A stretch of DNA of 64,000 nt from Eledone cirrhosa (Eukaryota). Position 1 is the first letter of the stretch, and each line of letters begins with the position of its first letter. Shown here piece after piece: positions 57,925 to 64,000 of this stretch. The DNA is taken from the NCBI GenBank assembly GCA_964016885.1, contig OZ024743.1, positions 171,616,001 to 171,680,000 on the forward strand, given 5' to 3'. A program made the position numbers and the translations under genes. The notes beneath the pieces were generated by a model. That model saw only the letters and a list, made by a program, of their open reading frames with translations, was not told the origin of the DNA and did not search any database.

Positions 57925-60900
57925 GGCGACCTACGTAGTAAATCGTATCATCGTGAGCTCCGCAAAGGTTTGTTATTTCCGTTTGTTAAAAATTGCCATT
58001 TATGGAAAATTTTTATTGTTAACTATATATAAGCGCACATACATTGTTTTCCGAAAAGGACACCCAAAAAGATTGGGGCCTTGTGCCCCAAATTTTAACT
58101 TTTATTATTATCAAAAAATTTATTTGAAAAAAAATGGCTAATTCACCTCTGCACCAAGCAGCTGAAAGCCTTCCTCACAAATTAACACCTCACAACGACA
58201 CCACCATTGTAAATGTTACTACGTTTGCCAACACTAAAACAAATATTAGCAGTAGCAATATTTTAAATTTGTCTCAGGCAGACATTCATTTCCCGCCATT
58301 ACCAATGACTGCAGGTGTTAAAGCCTCCACCACCACCACCACCGCGACAACCACCACCCGACCACCACCGCGACAACAGAAACAAAAGGAAAAAATAAAT
58401 CAACTCGTGATGTCGAAATAATTTCAACCAAAATGGACTCTTCCACTTCCACACCGAACACCAGAGGAGGCTAGAAAACACTCCATGGCCACATTAAGAA
58501 GTGACGACTTCACACTCGTCCCAAGCTATTGTGGTCAGAGACTCGTAAAGATCAGGGTGACCCACGTTCCACCGGCCATCGAAATTCCCTGGCTAATAGC
58601 GGCCGTCCTCGCCGGCATCGAAGCCAACACAAAGATAATAGTAATAGCAAAAGAAAAGCACGAGAACTGGTCCGGATCTGGGATGGAGCTCCTGATCCAA
58701 ACGGACCCCAAAAAAATTGAGGAGATCCCAGAGGTAATAGACCTCACTGACAGCAGCCACCTCACCGTAATTGTCGAGGGCAGAAGGCCTAGGTGTGACG
58801 TTTGTGGTGAAGGAACCCACCTAAGGGCTTTCTGCCCTCAGGCTAAAAGGTTGAGGCCACCTCTCCTACCCACCCCAGTGACTCAACCATCAACACCACC
58901 AGTAGCAGAGATGGCAGCAACAACTGTAGCAGCAACAACAGGAGCAACTATAACAGCAACAACCCCAGCAACAGTAGCAAAACCAACATCACCACAACCA
59001 GCAAAACCAACACCACCACCACCCAACGCTTCAGAACTAGCACCAGCGCCTACACCATCCACCACGCCACAACCAAAACTAACGCCTGTGGAGGATTTTC
59101 CACTCCCCGGCCTATCACAACTGGAGACAGATTGTGACGACGAGGAGTGGGAAACGGTATCTGGGAAAAAAGAAAAAAAGAAACCAAAAAAGAAAAAATT
59201 CTCTTCCTTCCCCCTCCAAAACCAAAATACAGAGGGAAACAACTAAATTAACAATCAAAAAAGTTAGGACAGATATGCCACCATCCACACCAGCATCACC
59301 GACCCCATCAACCCAAACACCAACACCATCACCATCATTAACCCCAACACCACCATCACCTACACCACAAAAGTCACCAAAATGCGAAACAGAAACAAAC
59401 CCACAACAAACGCAAACAAAACAAAACAACCAAAACGATACACATTACACAGCATTAAATTTGGGTGGATTGGCAGTATCGGTAGAGGGTCGGACGCCAT
59501 GCTTTCCAGCATAGTTACGTCCCTTTACGATCTGAGTTCAAATCCCGCCGAGGTTGACTTTGCCTTTCATCCTTACGGGGTCGATAAAATAAAGTACCAG
59601 TAATGCACTGGGTAATTGCTGGCCTTGTGCCTAAAGTAGAAACAATTAAATTTGAACAACAACCAATTATTACACTACATCCAACACAACACCAGCATCA
59701 CAGAAAAAGACTACACAACAACCCCAAAATTCACACCACCTCCACACATACAAATCACTCGCATCACACAGAAAACGTACATGACACTAAAACAAAAATT
59801 CCCCAAAGACATCGGAGACTTTCGACAAGCACTCTCCAGGAGGATTTATAAGGACATCCTTCCTGAGGAGGCCACAAGCAGTGAAAAGGATGGAAAAACC
59901 GTCCTTCCTCTACGAGAAGTAAGGTAAGTGGTCTTTCCCATCTTTTCCACTCCTTTTCAACATGACCTCACTCAGAATAGGCAGCATAAATGCGCGTGGC
60001 TTGGGGTCGTCATGGAAGCAGTGCCACCTGCTCAACGACCTCAGGTCACTAAACATAGATGTAATGGCCATCAGCGAGACCAGAATCTCCGAAGCACGGG
60101 CCTTCGCACCGATCTTCGGCGGCTACGATGTGTACGCATCTCCCAGCCGTCCGGGATCGGGGGGAGGAGTTGCTGTGCTTTTTCGGAGAGGTTTGGATCT
60201 TGCCATACGGGCCAACTTCCTGGACCCAGAAGGTAAGTTGGTGGTGCTGGACGTGACCAGCGGAGACGGGCAAGCTTTCAGGTTAGTGGCCGTCTATGCC
60301 CCGACAGAAGCAGGGCGGCCTGATTTCTTCCGGCGTCAGGAGACCTTTTTGGAACGTCCCGCTCTTTAGTGTTAAAGGGGCGACTGGAACGGGATCTTAG
60401 ATGCATGCTGGGATTGTGTGGGATTAGTGGATAGGGGAGGAGGGTGCAAGAGTCTCACCAACCTGCCGATTGGATTTCCCGAATGTACCAATGTGGACTT
60501 GGACAAATCGCATAGGGTCATCCAGATCATATCTAGATAGTATATTTTGTAGGGAAATAGATAGGTCTAGCATAGGCTGTCCTTACCAGAGCGCAAGGCC
60601 TACAGAGACCGGATTAGCGAACTAGTTAAGCGGGCGTTGACGGGGGCCATCGTCAACAACAAGTGGTGATTTGCTCTGAAAAAAGCAATTATAATACAGT
60701 CCATTAGCTTTAGTAAGGCTTTAGCAATAGAGAAAAATAGAGCAGAGGGAGAATTAGTTAGAAAATTAGACGAGGCGCTTTGCAAAGGCATCGTGACCGA
60801 CGTACTTGCGGCGAAATTGGCCCTTGAACAATTCTTCAATGCAAAGCACGAAGGCTGCGTTGTCAGAGCTAGGGTGCGTGTTCTCAGATACGAGGGGACG

Positions 60901-63452
60901 AAAGCCGCTCAATGGGCCCGAGTGGCGGAGGCGCGTCGTGGCAACAAAGCCACGATCCGGTTTTTGGTGGACCACGACGGGCGCATGCTACTCGATCCCG
61001 GGCAAATGTGTGAATCTTTGCAGCGACACTTCGCGACACTTCGCTCAACTGTTCGACTTTAGAGTCTACCTCGACGGACTGCTGCGGCTCTCGGCCACTG
61101 ATGCGGAGTGTTGCGAAAAGCCGATGACAGCCGCTGAAGTACGGGAGGCAATGACTGACTGCACGAGGGGTAAATCGCCTGGTTTGGATGGTCTGCCCTA
61201 TGAACTTTACGTACAGATGTCAGACTTGTTCGGAGGCCTCTTGGCGGACGTCTACTGCAACTGGCAACAGAACCGGAGAATTCCCAGTTCTGTGAGCCGA
61301 GGAGCGGTGGCACTGCTGAGAAAGGATCCGAATAAGGGGGATAACATAGATAATTTTCGGCCCATAACTCTGCTAAACACAGAGTTCAAGATTTTGGCCA
61401 AGGTGCTAGCAAAGAGGTTGGCGCTTGTCGTTGGTGGTCTTGTGGGAGAGGCGCAGACATGCGCCATTCCCGACAGATCCATCCACGACAACCTCCACCT
61501 CATGCGATACATCGTAGAGAGGGTAGCTAGGGAACCTGGCACGGGTGGGTCTTTGATAAATTTAGATCAGTCGAAAGCCTTCAATAGGGTCGACCATCGT
61601 TACCTAGCGGCTGGCTTTGGGCCCGTCTTCAGAGGCTGGATCGCTGCCATGCACAGCGACATCTGCTCTGTGGTGAGAGTGAACGGTCACCTTTCGGAAC
61701 CGTTCAACATCATGCGGTCGGTCCGCCAAGGATGTCCCCTCTCGTCCCTCTTGTACGTATTGACTCTCGAACCATTACTGCACAAACTAGAGACGTTGAG
61801 GGGGGTCCCGCGCGAACTAGGATGCGGAAGATCCGTGTCAGCATATGCGGACTATGTCACCGTAGTGGTGTCGAACGCCAAACACATCGAGGCGATCGGC
61901 ACTACACTAAGAGAATACGAAGCGGTGACAGGAGCAATGATCAACCAGGAAAAGTCAGTGGGCCTGCAGCTCGGCACCTGGAGAGGCAGGTCCATGCCGT
62001 CCAACAGCGTCGTCGGGCGCTGGACGGACGGACCGATTAAATTGCTAGGGGTCTGGTTCGGTCCGGACCTCCAGACGGACAAAAACTGGGACGAGGTGAC
62101 GAGCAGGGTGGCTTCTCTCACCCAGAAATGGGCAGAGAGGAACCTATCCCTGAAAGGTCGAGCGGAGGTGGCTAACGAGTACATCGCGTCCGTCATCTAC
62201 TACCGCCTGACCGTCGTACCTTGTCCTAAGCCCCGCCTGACTGCGCGGAGCGTTTGCTCTTTCGCTTTTTGTGGAAGGGACGCGCTCCGATGGTCAGGCG
62301 GTCCATCCGCTGTCAACACCCGCTACGTGGAAGGCTGGGCATGCCGTGGCTGATGATGCGCAGACACGCGCTCAGGCTACGACATCTCCACCTCTTCCTC
62401 GACGGTGATCAGGTGTGGTCGCCGTTTGCTAGACACGTCTTTCCCCAGCTCGTCTCCTTGACGCAGCTGCTGTCCTGGGTCAAGCGAAGACCGAGAGGGA
62501 GAGCTTGGAGACTGGAATGTCTTCAGGCACTCACAGCCCTCGACCAATCGGGCAATGTGATCGGTGGAAACTCCACCTTGGCGTTCTATAGAGGATTAGT
62601 GGAGGGGAAGAGCGACGACGTACTTGGAGAAACTCTAGGCGTCGACGAAAATCAACTAGCCAATCTTTTCGGAAGGACTTTCGGGCCGGGGCCTATGGAC
62701 AACTTCCAGAAATCCCTGGCCTGGCAGTGCTACCGAGGAGCTTTGCCAGTTCGGGATAAACTCTACAGGCATGGAAGTGCCGTCAGACGGGCATGTCCTA
62801 GATGCGCGCAGGGCGACGAAACCGTCCTGCACGCATTCGTCCAGTGTCCGAGCATTGCTGACTTGTGGGTTTATGTCGAACACCTACTGTCACGTGTAGG
62901 ACGGATCCGGCTATCAGCTGAGTCCATCGTGAGGATTGCCCCGCCGCCTTCCTTTAGTCGGGAAGGGCAGGCAGTTTTTATCTGTCTGGTGGCCATGGCG
63001 AAAGAGATAGTATGGTGGACACGTTTGAAAGGGCTGAAGACGTGCACTTACCTCTTCGGTGATGCCCTAATTAACTTTTTCAAATTTCATTTGAAAAGGA
63101 AAATCAGGGTAGAGAGTGAAGTGCTCTCTTCCCAGCATTTTGTTGAAAGATGGGTGAGAGAAGCATGTATGGCCCGAGTGAATGGACCTACTCTGAGTAT
63201 GTGTCTGTAAATTGAAGGTGGAAAACTGGGAGAGGGCACTTGCCCTAGTGGTCAGGGTCACTGTGGTCTTTTAATGGGCTTTCTCCACAAATATCCCTCG
63301 GAAGTCTCCACCCTATTGGAGAATTTTTCTTTGTTATTTTATTACATCCTCTGTTTTTTTACACGCAGAAATGCCCATTTGTACCGTCCTGTATTGTCCT
63401 GTACTGTCCTTAATGTCTACTTTATGTAAACCCTTGTGGTTAATAAAGAAAA

Positions 63453-63453
<1 letters not shown>
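57925..63453 (+). mobile_element. Tx1-clade LINE copy F, same subfamily as B/C, intact 5' end, internal deletions and SINE insertion
   Basis: 5' UTR matches C plus ~45 extra bases; ~400-bp ORF1 deletion near 58450; RT motif mutated to YADY; (ATT)n on both sides. Confidence 0.93.
59464..59644 (+). mobile_element. SINE family 2 inserted in Tx1 copy F ORF1 with a 10-bp TSD
   Basis: ATTAAATTTG duplicated at 59454-59463 and 59645-59654; empty site visible in copy C at ~41916. Confidence 0.93.
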
Positions 63454-63489
<36 letters not shown>

Positions 63490-64000
63490 TTCATTATTTT
63501 TATGTTATTTCGTTTAACTTAGTTCTGTTTCTCTATTGCCGGGTTCAGGCCTTAAACCGGGGGCAATAGATGTTTTCATTGTAGACAGAATAGATATTTT
63601 TATCATCTGAGAATGTGTGCCGATCTTCTGTAACTCATATTTGCTGATATTGGGTGCAATTTTGGGAATTTCAGTATTAATCATAATGTTCCAATTACCA
63701 CAGAGATAGTTTTTGTCGTCATCCTCCACATGCCGTTGATCTCTATTTCCAGGTCTTTGTAGTTTGAAAGTTTTTCCATTGTTTTTATTAATGTATTCTT
63801 GTCATCTAGTACGGAAATATTTATAAGGTTACTTATCCGATCTATTATTTTTAAGGTGATATCTGCTCTGTTGGCAGCGATTTCTCAGTCGGTTATCACA
63901 GGCATATCCCACAAGATGGATAAGTTGCCCTTTTCCATGACTGTTTTTGGTTGATGTTCATACCATTTGTCAAAGGATTTGATGTCATGTGAGCGGCGTA
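63490..64000 (-). mobile_element. Third R4/Dong-like RLE family, decayed 3' end (continues beyond the window)
   Basis: Minus-strand translation DKWYEHQPKTVME..SILWDMPVITD*EIAANRADI..EKLSNYKDLEIEI..MW; 3' end abuts (TAA)n. Confidence 0.85.

Noticed and set aside
23729-63261. Numerous antisense ORFs over the Tx1 and RLE elements
   Set aside because: Shadow frames of GC-richer TE coding sequence or trinucleotide repeats; no independent motifs
23535-63453. Simple segmental duplication as the origin of the Tx1 array
   Set aside because: Copies differ in 5' ends, truncation points, decay and intervening RLE elements, which favours independent insertions

Overview
AT-rich, repeat-saturated animal genomic DNA. 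The SINE and microsatellite content is octopus/cephalopod-like (inference, not checked). Only one host-gene element is visible: a 155-bp minus-strand exon of an M1 zinc aminopeptidase (GAMEN + HEXXH motifs, 19552-19706), so most of the window is probably intron. The rest splits into two zones, each tied to a different microsatellite. (1) 1-18 kb: long (TA)n arrays interleaved with 3' fragments of Penelope-like (Naiad-type, GIY-YIG) retroelements. This zone has at least eight hammerhead-ribozyme motifs (five with intact cores) and several long palindromes, two of which fold back from inside a hammerhead. (2) 23.5-64 kb: an uninterrupted 40-kb train of eleven non-LTR retrotransposons joined by (ATT)n. 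All six Tx1-clade (APE) copies are on +, and all five R4/Dong-like (RLE) copies are on -. Two unrelated clades appear to share one microsatellite target in opposite polarity. Most ORF-track entries in the first 18 kb are microsatellite artefacts. All calls are by eye; no searches or folding programs were run.
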